From Candidatus Thorarchaeota archaeon (lineage in GTDB: Archaea; Asgardarchaeota; Thorarchaeia; Thorarchaeales; Thorarchaeaceae): a stretch of 64,000 bases of DNA. A program made the translations under genes and the position numbers. The stretch spans positions 12,326 through 76,325 of the forward strand of contig SDNP01000013.1 in the NCBI GenBank assembly GCA_004524445.1, in the 5' to 3' direction. The notes beneath the pieces were generated by a model. The model was not told the origin of the DNA and made no database searches. It saw nothing but the letters and a program-made list of their open reading frames with translations. Below, piece by piece: positions 18,515 to 27,408 of this stretch (position 1 is the stretch's first letter; every line of letters starts with the position of its first letter).

Positions 18515-18971
18515 TTATGATAACGTGTTTGTAGTATTGCATAACGTGCATGCGGTATCGAAGGTAATAGAGACCGCCCAAGTTGTCTATGGACTTGGAT
18601 TCAAAAATTTTGTAGTATCTCGTGCTGCCGGTTCCGCGGCTCAGACAGGCGTCCCTGACGCAAATCGTTTAGCCCTGAAAATGAAACGTAACTTTATGGT
18701 TCTCCCTGACTTAGTTGATGTAAAGGAACTACTAGATATTGAACAGCCTGTTATCATTCCATCCCCTGTACTTACCAAGGAGCGGCTCGACCTAGATACC
18801 GTTAGTAAAGACATCAAATCAGGGGAACGCATTGTTATTGTGGTATCAGGAAGCAATAGTTCGTTCTCCAGAAAGGAAATGGATATGGGTATCTGTCGTA
18901 GTTTACATGCTGATGTTGATATTGGGCCTGCGGGAACAATTGCAGTAATTCTGTATCACAGCTTAATCTGA
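18504..18971 (+). CDS. SPOUT-like / DUF2122-type archaeal protein
   Basis: VVLHNVHAVSK...GSAAQTGVP...FSRKEM...IGPAGTIAVIL resembles the archaeal DUF2122 family. Confidence 0.65.
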   Translation: MTNNYDNVFVVLHNVHAVSKVIETAQVVYGLGFKNFVVSRAAGSAAQTGVPDANRLALKMKRNFMVLPDLVDVKELLDIEQPVIIPSPVLTKERLDLDTVSKDIKSGERIVIVVSGSNSSFSRKEMDMGICRSLHADVDIGPAGTIAVILYHSLI

Positions 18972-18976
18972 AGGTG

Positions 18977-20260
18977 TCAGAGAATATCTGGTATGAGTGC
19001 TCTTGACCCTCTTAATTTTGCCAACAGCAAAGCCTTGAGTGCTTTCCTCTTGGAAGGCACCATGTCCAATGGACTCACTCCCATTAGTTTGCATAATGCG
19101 GTGGTGGTGGCTGCAAGTCGATTACATGTGGGGCTAACAAATACATTCTCCCTTCCCAATTTGTTCTCAAGAAACTGTTGTGTTTCTTTGATTGCACAAT
19201 CGCCAGCAATCAATACTTGCTCATCAATGGACTCGAGCTCCTTCTTGTCAAATCCCTTGCCCATGACAATCGAGAAACCGCCCTTCCCATCATAGTCATA
19301 GTAGAGCAACTGGAGCAGCATTCTGACATTAAGGTCACATCCCTCTGCACATAGCTTCTCTCTGCCCCGAATAATTCTCACATCCTCGGGCATCTGGTCC
19401 AGGATATCACAGGGATATTTCTTGTTGAAACGTTCAAGATTACCAATGACTTCGATCTCATCGAGTTTTCCTTCGCCCAAGCCATCTTCATAAACAAGTT
19501 TCAGATGTTTGACTTCCTCCAGATCATAACCCAGTATTCTGGATGCAACCACATCCGTTGCCAAGGTATCACGTCCGGCCACCAAGATACCAAGTTCCTC
19601 GATTGATTCACTCACAAACGTCTGCAAGGGATAATGACCATTAAACACAACATGTGTACCGTCAATCAGAGTATAATCCGGCTGTACAAGTCTATAGAAA
19701 TCAGCAAGTCTCCTGTGGAGATTATAGTTATGATGATATCCGCGATCCTTGTGACGTGGAAAGCCCATTTGGTTCTTCACACCAAGTGTCACGGTCGTCA
19801 TTGAATGGGTCTTGAGTTTTGGTACTGATATGTAGGTATGATCCTCAGATTCCTCAATCAGTTTTTCAACAACAACCGTGGGAAACTCAATAGGGTCTTC
19901 AAAATTATCCAGTGTTACTTCTTTTGTATCCATCTCATCCAAATAGAGTGGGTTTGCCCCTGTCCTGTTACAGACATCCTTGTAGCCTGTGAACTCATAC
20001 ACAATTCTGGTCATATTAGCTTGTGTCGAGTTTTCCATGAGGTAGATCTCTTCTGCCCCCTCCTCCTTCAGATGATTGATTAGAAACTCGAGAACTCTGG
20101 GATCCGTAAATGCATAGGGCTGAAAATCTATGCCATTGGGCTTGATATATACCTCACCAGAGGATTTAATCAATCTGCGTGCTTCGATGGTGTCTTTGAA
20201 TGCCTTAGCTATGGCTGCTTGAAGACTCTCTCCGATGTCTACTATTGTCACACGCGTCAT
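18977..20260 (-). CDS. DUF362-domain protein with Cys-containing C-terminal domain
   Basis: VYIKPN, TDP, PKLKTH, TLGVKNQMG, ATDVV. Confidence 0.85.
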   Translation of the reverse strand: MTRVTIVDIGESLQAAIAKAFKDTIEARRLIKSSGEVYIKPNGIDFQPYAFTDPRVLEFLINHLKEEGAEEIYLMENSTQANMTRIVYEFTGYKDVCNRTGANPLYLDEMDTKEVTLDNFEDPIEFPTVVVEKLIEESEDHTYISVPKLKTHSMTTVTLGVKNQMGFPRHKDRGYHHNYNLHRRLADFYRLVQPDYTLIDGTHVVFNGHYPLQTFVSESIEELGILVAGRDTLATDVVASRILGYDLEEVKHLKLVYEDGLGEGKLDEIEVIGNLERFNKKYPCDILDQMPEDVRIIRGREKLCAEGCDLNVRMLLQLLYYDYDGKGGFSIVMGKGFDKKELESIDEQVLIAGDCAIKETQQFLENKLGRENVFVSPTCNRLAATTTALCKLMGVSPLDMVPSKRKALKALLLAKLRGSRALIPDIL

Positions 20261-20300
20261 GTATATTCAGTTTCTAAATGGTATCACGAGATGAAAAAGA

Positions 20301-20377
20301 TGGTGGGCCGGAGGCGATTTGAACGCCCGATCCCTTGGATCCGAACCAAGAATCATACCAAGCTAGACCACCGACCC
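20301..20377 (-). tRNA. tRNA-Pro(CGG), intronless, CCA encoded
   Basis: GGGTCGG...CTTGG-TTCGGAT-CCAAG...GGGCG-TTCAAAT-CGCCT-CCGGCCC-ACCA. Confidence 0.93.
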
Positions 20378-20420
20378 TTTGTTGAACCCAATCGATTTAA
20401 CTAAGGATTTAATGATTTCG

Positions 20421-21263
20421 TTAAAGAAATGCCTCCGATAATCGGGTCTGAAGGTGCTCAACCGAACCAAGATTGATACCATTGTTGCTATACGCAGTGG
20501 CAGACAGCAGATTACTACAGTTATTCTCGAAGATGGGTCCAAGGAACCGAGCATCAGGGCGATTAATCTGAATTCCTATGACAAGTTCGTTGAAACTAGG
20601 TAGCGTTACCATTGTTTGAAATCCCTTTTTATCGGACTTGGGCAGACCCGCGTTTCTTCTAACGCATTCCCTATCCAACTTTGACTTCACAAATACAGGA
20701 ATTGACTTTGCAGATCGAAGTTTATCTCTTCTTCCAAGGTTAGGGGTGGAAACCACCTTGATTCGTTTGATTGATGGATGATTATGACCCACAAGCATAA
20801 GCTTGCAGTTGAGAAGATCTGATGCAGGCCAAGCATGTCCATGAAGTAGAGCAATCTGCTCTTCTGATGTTTCATGAATAACACCTCGTATACTTGACGA
20901 TTCCACGCCCCGCGGCAGCAAGTTCTTCAAATCACCGTCGTGGTTTCCAGGAACTATGGTAAGACTGGCTAGTTGTGCCAATCTAGCGATGAACTGCGGA
21001 ATGATACTCCAGTTGTAGTGCTTGTCTGGTGAAATCGTATGCTTAATATCACCAAGGAGATACAAGTCAGTCACATCATAGGCATAGACTAGCTTTTCTA
21101 TCCGCTCAATCATCGCCGCATTTTGTGGAGGAAAGCTGACATTGGTCTTTTCCGACAGCGCAACCTCGTAGCCGAGATGAATATCAGCAATGACTAAAGC
21201 CGTAGCTTCTTCTGAGCTAATTAACATGGCTCGGTCATCAAACAAGATATTCATTATACCCAA
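20421..21263 (-). CDS. Metallophosphoesterase (calcineurin-like; Lhr-associated type)
   Basis: ADIHLG, LGDIKH, GNHDG, HGH, GHNHP, LPSFN. Confidence 0.9.
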   Translation of the reverse strand: MGIMNILFDDRAMLISSEEATALVIADIHLGYEVALSEKTNVSFPPQNAAMIERIEKLVYAYDVTDLYLLGDIKHTISPDKHYNWSIIPQFIARLAQLASLTIVPGNHDGDLKNLLPRGVESSSIRGVIHETSEEQIALLHGHAWPASDLLNCKLMLVGHNHPSIKRIKVVSTPNLGRRDKLRSAKSIPVFVKSKLDRECVRRNAGLPKSDKKGFQTMVTLPSFNELVIGIQINRPDARFLGPIFENNCSNLLSATAYSNNGINLGSVEHLQTRLSEAFL

Positions 21264-21317
21264 TTTCCTCTTTTCCAGATAGTTTTAAACCGCTTCTTTG
21301 TCAGTTTGTGTATATCA

Positions 21318-21704
21318 ATGATACTCTCTCCGTACGAAGAAAAACGGATTGGTAGGACCACACTCTCTCAGAGTGATATTCAGTATTTTCGCAACCGTTA
21401 TGGCAAGCGATTCATTCGTGCCTTGCGTGCTGTAGAAGAGGATAAAGTAGTACAGTATCATTTTTTTCCGAGCGATTCTATCACATGGATTGTAAAGGGC
21501 AGTGCGCGACAATACTTGGTCATTCCAGATACCTATTGTACCTGTAGGAGCTTCTATCAAGATGTTGTTATTGCGGGCGCTTACAAGTTCTGTTACCATT
21601 TACTTGCACAATCGATAGCGGAAATCAGAAACCAATTCACCGCTAGAAAATCCAATGATGCTGAACGTCGAATCTTGTATGACAAATGGCGACGGACTGA
21701 CTGA
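21318..21704 (+). CDS. SWIM zinc-finger protein
   Basis: YCTCRSF...CYHLLA. Confidence 0.85.
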   Translation: MILSPYEEKRIGRTTLSQSDIQYFRNRYGKRFIRALRAVEEDKVVQYHFFPSDSITWIVKGSARQYLVIPDTYCTCRSFYQDVVIAGAYKFCYHLLAQSIAEIRNQFTARKSNDAERRILYDKWRRTD

Positions 21705-21792
21705 CATGGTGTACTCTTTTTGTTCTGAAGATACATTTAAAACTCGCTTCAAAATTTACACGCTGACTGAGCAGGAAGGTCGCGACTAGCCA

Positions 21793-22887
21793 ATGATTAA
21801 TCGTAAGAGAATTCCTAAACTACTCGCTGTGGCAATCACTCTAATGATATTCATATCCGGAGTCCAGTGTTCAGCAAAGGCTCAAGACACCGAGCTAGAC
21901 CCCATTGTAGTGATGTACGAAGCCAGCCATGCTCCACAATTTTCTGCAGATAATGCTGAAGACGGGCTCAAATTAATGTTGGATATGGTCAACGAGTCAA
22001 CACGCTACCTTCTGCGGGTTAATCATGAACCCCTCAATGATACAATTCTTGAGGATGTTGATATTCTAATAATAGCGGAGCCCGATGAGAGTGCTGAGTT
22101 TGAACATGAAGAAATTCTTGCCATTGATGAGCTCTTAACTAATGGCAGTTCCCTTTTTATTTTAGGTGACCCCAGCATCGACCAAAACTCGGCATACTGG
22201 AGCAATCAGCAATTTAGAGATTTAGGTGAAAATGTTGCCATCAATACATTTCTAGATCAGATGAACATTACAACAGTAAGATTTGGTCTTAATGAATCAG
22301 CAACTGGTCGAATTTTTGGTGACACCATGTTTGATTACGAGCATTCGTTGAATTCATCGTATCCTTCAATTATTCAATTCGATTCCACTACGTGGGATAC
22401 AAGCCACCCGATTTTCAAGGATATTAATACAGTAATATCCATGACGGCAACTCTCAAACCTATTGACCTGGTGAGTGGAATTGCCCATGGGTATGAGACC
22501 TCTTTTGCACAATACCGGCGTGGGCCAAACACATTCGGGAACCTTACGTTTCCCAATATGACTTTGGAAGAATTTCAAGAAGCTCCGAAATCATATTCCG
22601 CCATAAACGGGACATTCCCTCCATGGCTCTCTGCCTTTCGATATGGCAATAGCAGAATTGTTGTGGGAGGCTCCGCATTGATGTTTACGGGACGTAATCT
22701 CGACTTGCCGGAGAGTGAAGAAAAGTGGTTCTATCAGGGAGATAATTCTAGGTTATTCATGAACATTATGAGCTGGCTTTCATATGACTTTGTCAACCCT
22801 GAAAGTCCAATTCTTCCTATGTTGATTATCTCATCAGTAATCTTATTGATTGGGGTAGCATACTACCTCTTCAAGAAACTGAGATAG
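21793..22887 (+). CDS. Type I membrane glycoprotein with GIFT (GldG/IFT52/Wbp1-like) domain
   Basis: Signal peptide, GNSRIVVGGSALMF, DNSRLFMNIMSWL, C-terminal TM, many N-X-S/T sequons. Confidence 0.7.
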   Translation: MINRKRIPKLLAVAITLMIFISGVQCSAKAQDTELDPIVVMYEASHAPQFSADNAEDGLKLMLDMVNESTRYLLRVNHEPLNDTILEDVDILIIAEPDESAEFEHEEILAIDELLTNGSSLFILGDPSIDQNSAYWSNQQFRDLGENVAINTFLDQMNITTVRFGLNESATGRIFGDTMFDYEHSLNSSYPSIIQFDSTTWDTSHPIFKDINTVISMTATLKPIDLVSGIAHGYETSFAQYRRGPNTFGNLTFPNMTLEEFQEAPKSYSAINGTFPPWLSAFRYGNSRIVVGGSALMFTGRNLDLPESEEKWFYQGDNSRLFMNIMSWLSYDFVNPESPILPMLIISSVILLIGVAYYLFKKLR

Positions 22888-22891
22888 ATAC

Positions 22892-23512
22892 TCACCATTT
22901 GGGCAGTTTGAAATCCTGTTCTTGCAGGCTCTCTTGAATTGCTCGTTTCAGCTCTCCCACTCCTTCCTTTTTGCGAGCTGACATTGCTACAATATGTGGC
23001 ATTTGCGTTGGAACTGCCTCATGCAACTTGTGGTACAAGAACGCAATTTCTTCATCTCGTCGTCTATGACTCACTTTGTCAATCTTGTTTGCGGCCACAA
23101 TTACCTTCGGTGATATCTCCGAGAGAAAAGAATAGAATTCTATGTCTATCGGTATTTCTCCTCTCTCTTCCCAACGCTCTACCAGTTCTCTGAAAATTGA
23201 AATATCTATAATCAATACGCACAGAGCAATTTGGTCGCTTCGCTTTTCAAGGTTTCTTACAATCCGGGTCTTGGTGTGATCAATGCGTCTCCTACTTTGG
23301 CCCGACATATGCCCAAAACCTGGAATATCGATAAAAAGCACATTACCCAAGTCTATGATTTGCTCGGTTCGAGTACTACCAGGTTTTTTTCCGACTCGAA
23401 TCCGAAGTCCTGTTAAAGCCCTAATTACGCTGCTTTTCCCAACGTTACTTCGGCCTGCAAAAATGACAAGCGGTTTTCCGGATTCAATCCCAGAAGGGTC
23501 GTGTACGCTCAT
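22892..23512 (-). CDS. engB: GTP-binding protein EngB
   Basis: FAGRSNVGKSS, KPGST, DIPGFG, NKID. Confidence 0.92.
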   Translation of the reverse strand: MSVHDPSGIESGKPLVIFAGRSNVGKSSVIRALTGLRIRVGKKPGSTRTEQIIDLGNVLFIDIPGFGHMSGQSRRRIDHTKTRIVRNLEKRSDQIALCVLIIDISIFRELVERWEERGEIPIDIEFYSFLSEISPKVIVAANKIDKVSHRRRDEEIAFLYHKLHEAVPTQMPHIVAMSARKKEGVGELKRAIQESLQEQDFKLPKW

Positions 23513-26324
23513 ATTCTTGCTCCGCCTTTGCTATCGAATGCAACAGTGTAAGCCTATCGGTTTGCCCCGGTCTTAGAACTCTTGATGCAGTTGTCGGACC
23601 AATCCCTCTTCCTGCCAATGCCAATAACGCCTTTTTTCCATATTGTGCAACAAGACTCGCGGTAAGTGATGCATTTTCATATCTCTTTTTCTCCTCACCT
23701 GATAACATTTCTCCAGCCTTGACTTTTCGCAATATTGTAGGCAAATTTTTGACCCTCTCTCTGACGGCAGCAATCATCCTTGAATTACAGATTGGACAGG
23801 TGATCTCATCATCAAGCGTAGATATAGTCCGTACAGAATTCCAGTCATTCTTCGCCATGCAGATCAGTCTAAATTTTCTAGACAATAATCGCTCTTCCAA
23901 GAAACGTAAGACCTCATCTTCATCACTTATCTCCCCCATAACCTCAAAGCGTGTCTTCTCCTCAATGATGAGTCGGGCAAGCAAGGAGGGTTGTTTCCGT
24001 TTAGAAATTACCGTTTGAATCTCTCCCGTGTCGATTTTTTCGAAAACCTCGAGCATACGATTCTCATCAAGCTTCTCTCTAAGTATTTCCTTCATGGCTT
24101 CATCGAAGACTGGTGACGACTCAAAGACATCGATTAGCCGTCTAGATGGTATTTCCTTAAATTTGGCAGTCCTTCGAATAATTCCCATTCTTCTTCCTAC
24201 ATGAATGAAACGTGACGCAAATGTTTGTGTCTGCCTTACTGCTAATCTCAAAATGGTGGAAATTTGGGCACCTTGATAGCTACTAAAGACATCTAGTAAA
24301 TACTGGGCATCAATTCCGCCGCTGGCGGTGAGAAGGATTCTATAGGGGTCAGTTTCCACAGCCACCTCCTTTCCCAACCTAGTTGTGAGTAATGCCGCTA
24401 GAACAACTCCAATTGTGTCATTTGTTTTCGTTCCGAAAGGGGCGTGAAATACAATCCCGTCCGGGATAGTTTCGATTATGAGGTGAGTTTCTGTAGGTAT
24501 CGAACCTAGTTGTTCCTTCGCAGTTGTGACACTCTCAACGAGATAATTTGATGACGTTTCATTCATCATATAATTTGTTTCCAACCAACTTGATGCTTCA
24601 TATGATAAATCCCCAAGACGTTCCCAAACATCGGCCACTTCAGTTGCCACCTCAAATGGAACCGGTATCATTTCCCCTATCCATCTTGGTGCCTCAACCT
24701 GAGTGTCAGTCACAGGAGCACAAAGAACCTCTTCACGTTCTTCATCAATTGATACAACCCGCCAGGGCCTTCCTCTGATAACGAATATAAATCCGGTTTC
24801 TACACTCTCAGTGACAAAATCTTCATCAAGAACTCCTATTCCTGTTCTCGTGGCAATGTCTACAGCTCTGACTTGTTGCACATCGGGTATTGTACTCAGA
24901 TGTTCATAGTAGTAGGGCAACGTACCACCATATCGCTTGATTAGGTCGTCTTCTATGAGAAGAAATCGACGTCTAACCATGAAGTCCAACAATCTGTCGA
25001 GTTCTTTTTCATTAACCTCTCTGAAAGGATATGCGCCTTTTATAATCCTCAGCAATTCACTCTTGCGGATTTCTCCTGTATCCAGTAACACTCCGCTTAC
25101 TTGCTGACAAAGGACATCCCAGGTCTTCTGGGGAATATCAGCGGGTTCTACCTTGTTGATTCGAGCTCGTTTCAGTATTACGGCAGACTCCGTGATATCA
25201 TCCACATTCATTGTAGAAATGATTATACCTTTGGAAACTCTCCCGACCCGATGTCCCGATCTACCGATTCGTTGAACCGCTCTAGATACTTCTCTGGGTG
25301 AAGAATACTGGATTACTAAATCCGCCAACCCAATATCTATTCCCAACTCAAGACTAGATGTCGCAATAATTGCCTTTGACACGCCTCTTTTCAGCCTATC
25401 TTCGGCACTCAATCTCACTTCTTTTGAGAGTGATCCATGATGCACATCAAACTCAAACGGTGGTGAAATCGTACGCATCTTTGCTCCCAAAACCTCTGCA
25501 AAGGAACGCGTGTTTGTAAAAACAATCGTGGTCTGGTGGCTTTCAATAAGATCCTTGATTCTTTCTAGCCTAGCGGCAGAATGTGGTGGATAGGAAATTT
25601 GCCTACCTAGTTCTATATGTTGGCTGTTAGGCTGAGGCATTTCCACCTTGAGATGTATTTGCCTCTCTTGATATCCCGCCCATAATGTATGGATTTTTTT
25701 CCCACTGCCTCTAAGAAGGAATGCTATTTCATTGGCATTTCCCACTGTAGCGGATAGTCCAACTCTTTGAATCTTATTGCCAATCCAATGGACTAATCGT
25801 TCCAATGCAAGTGATAGTTGGGTTCCTCGCTTGCTTCCTGCCAACTCATGTATTTCATCAACAATTACTGCCATAACTGAGCGAAGATGATATTTCATCC
25901 GTTTTCCAGGTAGAATTGCCTGAAGCGTTTCTGGTGTTGTGATGAGTAAATTTGGAGGCGTTATTGCCTGCTTGCGTCGGAAATACTGAGTAGTGTCTCC
26001 ATGGCGTACGGCAACAGTGATTCCCAAGTGCTCACAGAGGTCTTCTATCCTGCGAAAGACATCCCGATTTAATGCGCGCAGCGGCGTAATATAGAGTATG
26101 TATATACCAAATAACTCATCATGTAACTTTCTTTCGTAAAGGTTACTCAGAAGTGGCAATATTGATGCCTCTGTCTTTCCACTTCCCGTGGGCGCAAGGA
26201 GCAGTGCAGAACCTCCACTACGAATCCTGGGAATCGCCTTCTCTTGAATCTCTGTTGGTTTAGTAATGCCTTCTCTAGTGAGATATTCAACTATGTCCGC
26301 ATGAAGCGACTCGAATCCATTCAT
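23484..26324 (-). CDS. lhr: Lhr-family SF2 helicase with C-terminal Zn finger
   Basis: APTGSGKT, YITPLRALNRD, DEIH, HHGSLS, SLELGID, QRIGRSGH. Confidence 0.93.
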   Translation of the reverse strand: MNGFESLHADIVEYLTREGITKPTEIQEKAIPRIRSGGSALLLAPTGSGKTEASILPLLSNLYERKLHDELFGIYILYITPLRALNRDVFRRIEDLCEHLGITVAVRHGDTTQYFRRKQAITPPNLLITTPETLQAILPGKRMKYHLRSVMAVIVDEIHELAGSKRGTQLSLALERLVHWIGNKIQRVGLSATVGNANEIAFLLRGSGKKIHTLWAGYQERQIHLKVEMPQPNSQHIELGRQISYPPHSAARLERIKDLIESHQTTIVFTNTRSFAEVLGAKMRTISPPFEFDVHHGSLSKEVRLSAEDRLKRGVSKAIIATSSLELGIDIGLADLVIQYSSPREVSRAVQRIGRSGHRVGRVSKGIIISTMNVDDITESAVILKRARINKVEPADIPQKTWDVLCQQVSGVLLDTGEIRKSELLRIIKGAYPFREVNEKELDRLLDFMVRRRFLLIEDDLIKRYGGTLPYYYEHLSTIPDVQQVRAVDIATRTGIGVLDEDFVTESVETGFIFVIRGRPWRVVSIDEEREEVLCAPVTDTQVEAPRWIGEMIPVPFEVATEVADVWERLGDLSYEASSWLETNYMMNETSSNYLVESVTTAKEQLGSIPTETHLIIETIPDGIVFHAPFGTKTNDTIGVVLAALLTTRLGKEVAVETDPYRILLTASGGIDAQYLLDVFSSYQGAQISTILRLAVRQTQTFASRFIHVGRRMGIIRRTAKFKEIPSRRLIDVFESSPVFDEAMKEILREKLDENRMLEVFEKIDTGEIQTVISKRKQPSLLARLIIEEKTRFEVMGEISDEDEVLRFLEERLLSRKFRLICMAKNDWNSVRTISTLDDEITCPICNSRMIAAVRERVKNLPTILRKVKAGEMLSGEEKKRYENASLTASLVAQYGKKALLALAGRGIGPTTASRVLRPGQTDRLTLLHSIAKAEQEYERTRPFWD

Positions 26325-26578
26325 TTTTTCTTCTGTCCAGCGACGAGATGTCTTCTTTCATTGAGCAAAATATTGATATCAGTTCGGATGGTAGCATCAG
26401 CATCTTTTGAAATTTTACTCAACTCACTACGGATTCGTCAATGGGCCGTCAATCGATTTTCAGCTTATTTACTATGATTTTTACTTGATGAAGATTAGAA
26501 ATATGAGATACTATGTTCTCGTAGGCTAATTGGAGTAATTCATTAGTTTTGATGGGTTCTCCATCCTTTTCAACTACT

Positions 26579-26698
26579 CTATTCTTCCCCGCGTTCTTCT
26601 CCATATACAGAATATGCAAGGATTATGACCAAGGCTATGATGCCCAGTGCGTTCAATAGGATAAAGAGCACCGATTCGATGAAGGTTGTTGATTGCAT
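26579..26698 (-). CDS. 39-aa single-TM micropeptide, OST4-like (absent from the ORF track)
   Basis: Translates as MQSTTFIESVLFILLNALGIIALVIILAYSVYGEERGEE; TTATAA ~30 nt upstream. Confidence 0.55.
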   Translation of the reverse strand: MQSTTFIESVLFILLNALGIIALVIILAYSVYGEERGEE

Positions 26699-26765
26699 GG
26701 GAATCGCTTCTGCACATTTGGGCTGGTCTTATAATCATTGCTGAAGAGATGGACTTGTACTAGTC

Positions 26766-27020
26766 CTATGCAGTGCCCGCTTGCCGGGCCTCATAAAATC
26801 TATCAATAAATGAACCGTATATATCAACAGGTTCAGTCAGCTCGTTGACTTCGTCGATTGTCATCTCTAGTCCGCAAGATCCGCACTTGACAGTTGCCAT
26901 CACTTCTTTACGATACAAGTCAATTTTGATGGCAGTATTTCCGCATGAAGGACAAGGATAAACATCAGGAATTCTCTTCTGCGGCCTTCTTCTGGATTTT
27001 TGTCTTCGTCTTCTTCCCAC
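26766..27020 (-). CDS. elf1: Transcription elongation factor Elf1
   Basis: MGRRRR...CPSC...CGSC...EPVDIYGSFID. Confidence 0.9.
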   Translation of the reverse strand: MGRRRRQKSRRRPQKRIPDVYPCPSCGNTAIKIDLYRKEVMATVKCGSCGLEMTIDEVNELTEPVDIYGSFIDRFYEARQAGTA

Positions 27021-27174
27021 TGTTTGTCACCAAACTTGCCTATTTCACACTTAGAGCTCAAGTCTAGGTAGAAACAGAGCAGTTGGACCCTCGAGGGTGT
27101 TGATTTAAAGATTATGATACCTATTTAGCTCAAAGAGCAAAGCTTTCATATTAGAGTCCTATGCCGATTGCTTA

Positions 27175-27408
27175 ATGTCAGATTTATCGAAGAATGCCAA
27201 ATGCGTCTTGATGATCTTAGAAAGAGAAGGATCACTGACCACATCAGAGATCCTAGAAGTCGCGAAACAAGAACCTTACTCACAGTACTGTTCAGACTGT
27301 GCAGGTGGAGACTCTTTTGTGGCGGCCGCTAATCATTTAGTGAACGAAGGCTTAATCGAGAGGAAGTTTGGCAAAGGCGGCTACCGCTGGGAACTTGTTA
27401 AGGAATGA
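27175..27408 (+). CDS. Small winged-helix-like protein with CxxC
   Basis: LTTSEI...CSDC...LVNEGLIERK..GGYRW; ATGA overlap with sufS. Confidence 0.65.
   Translation: MSDLSKNAKCVLMILEREGSLTTSEILEVAKQEPYSQYCSDCAGGDSFVAAANHLVNEGLIERKFGKGGYRWELVKE

Noticed and set aside
26325-26578. Short open frames between the OST4-like ORF and lhr
   Set aside because: No convincing start/SD or motif; one 51-aa frame overlaps the micropeptide and cannot be supported.
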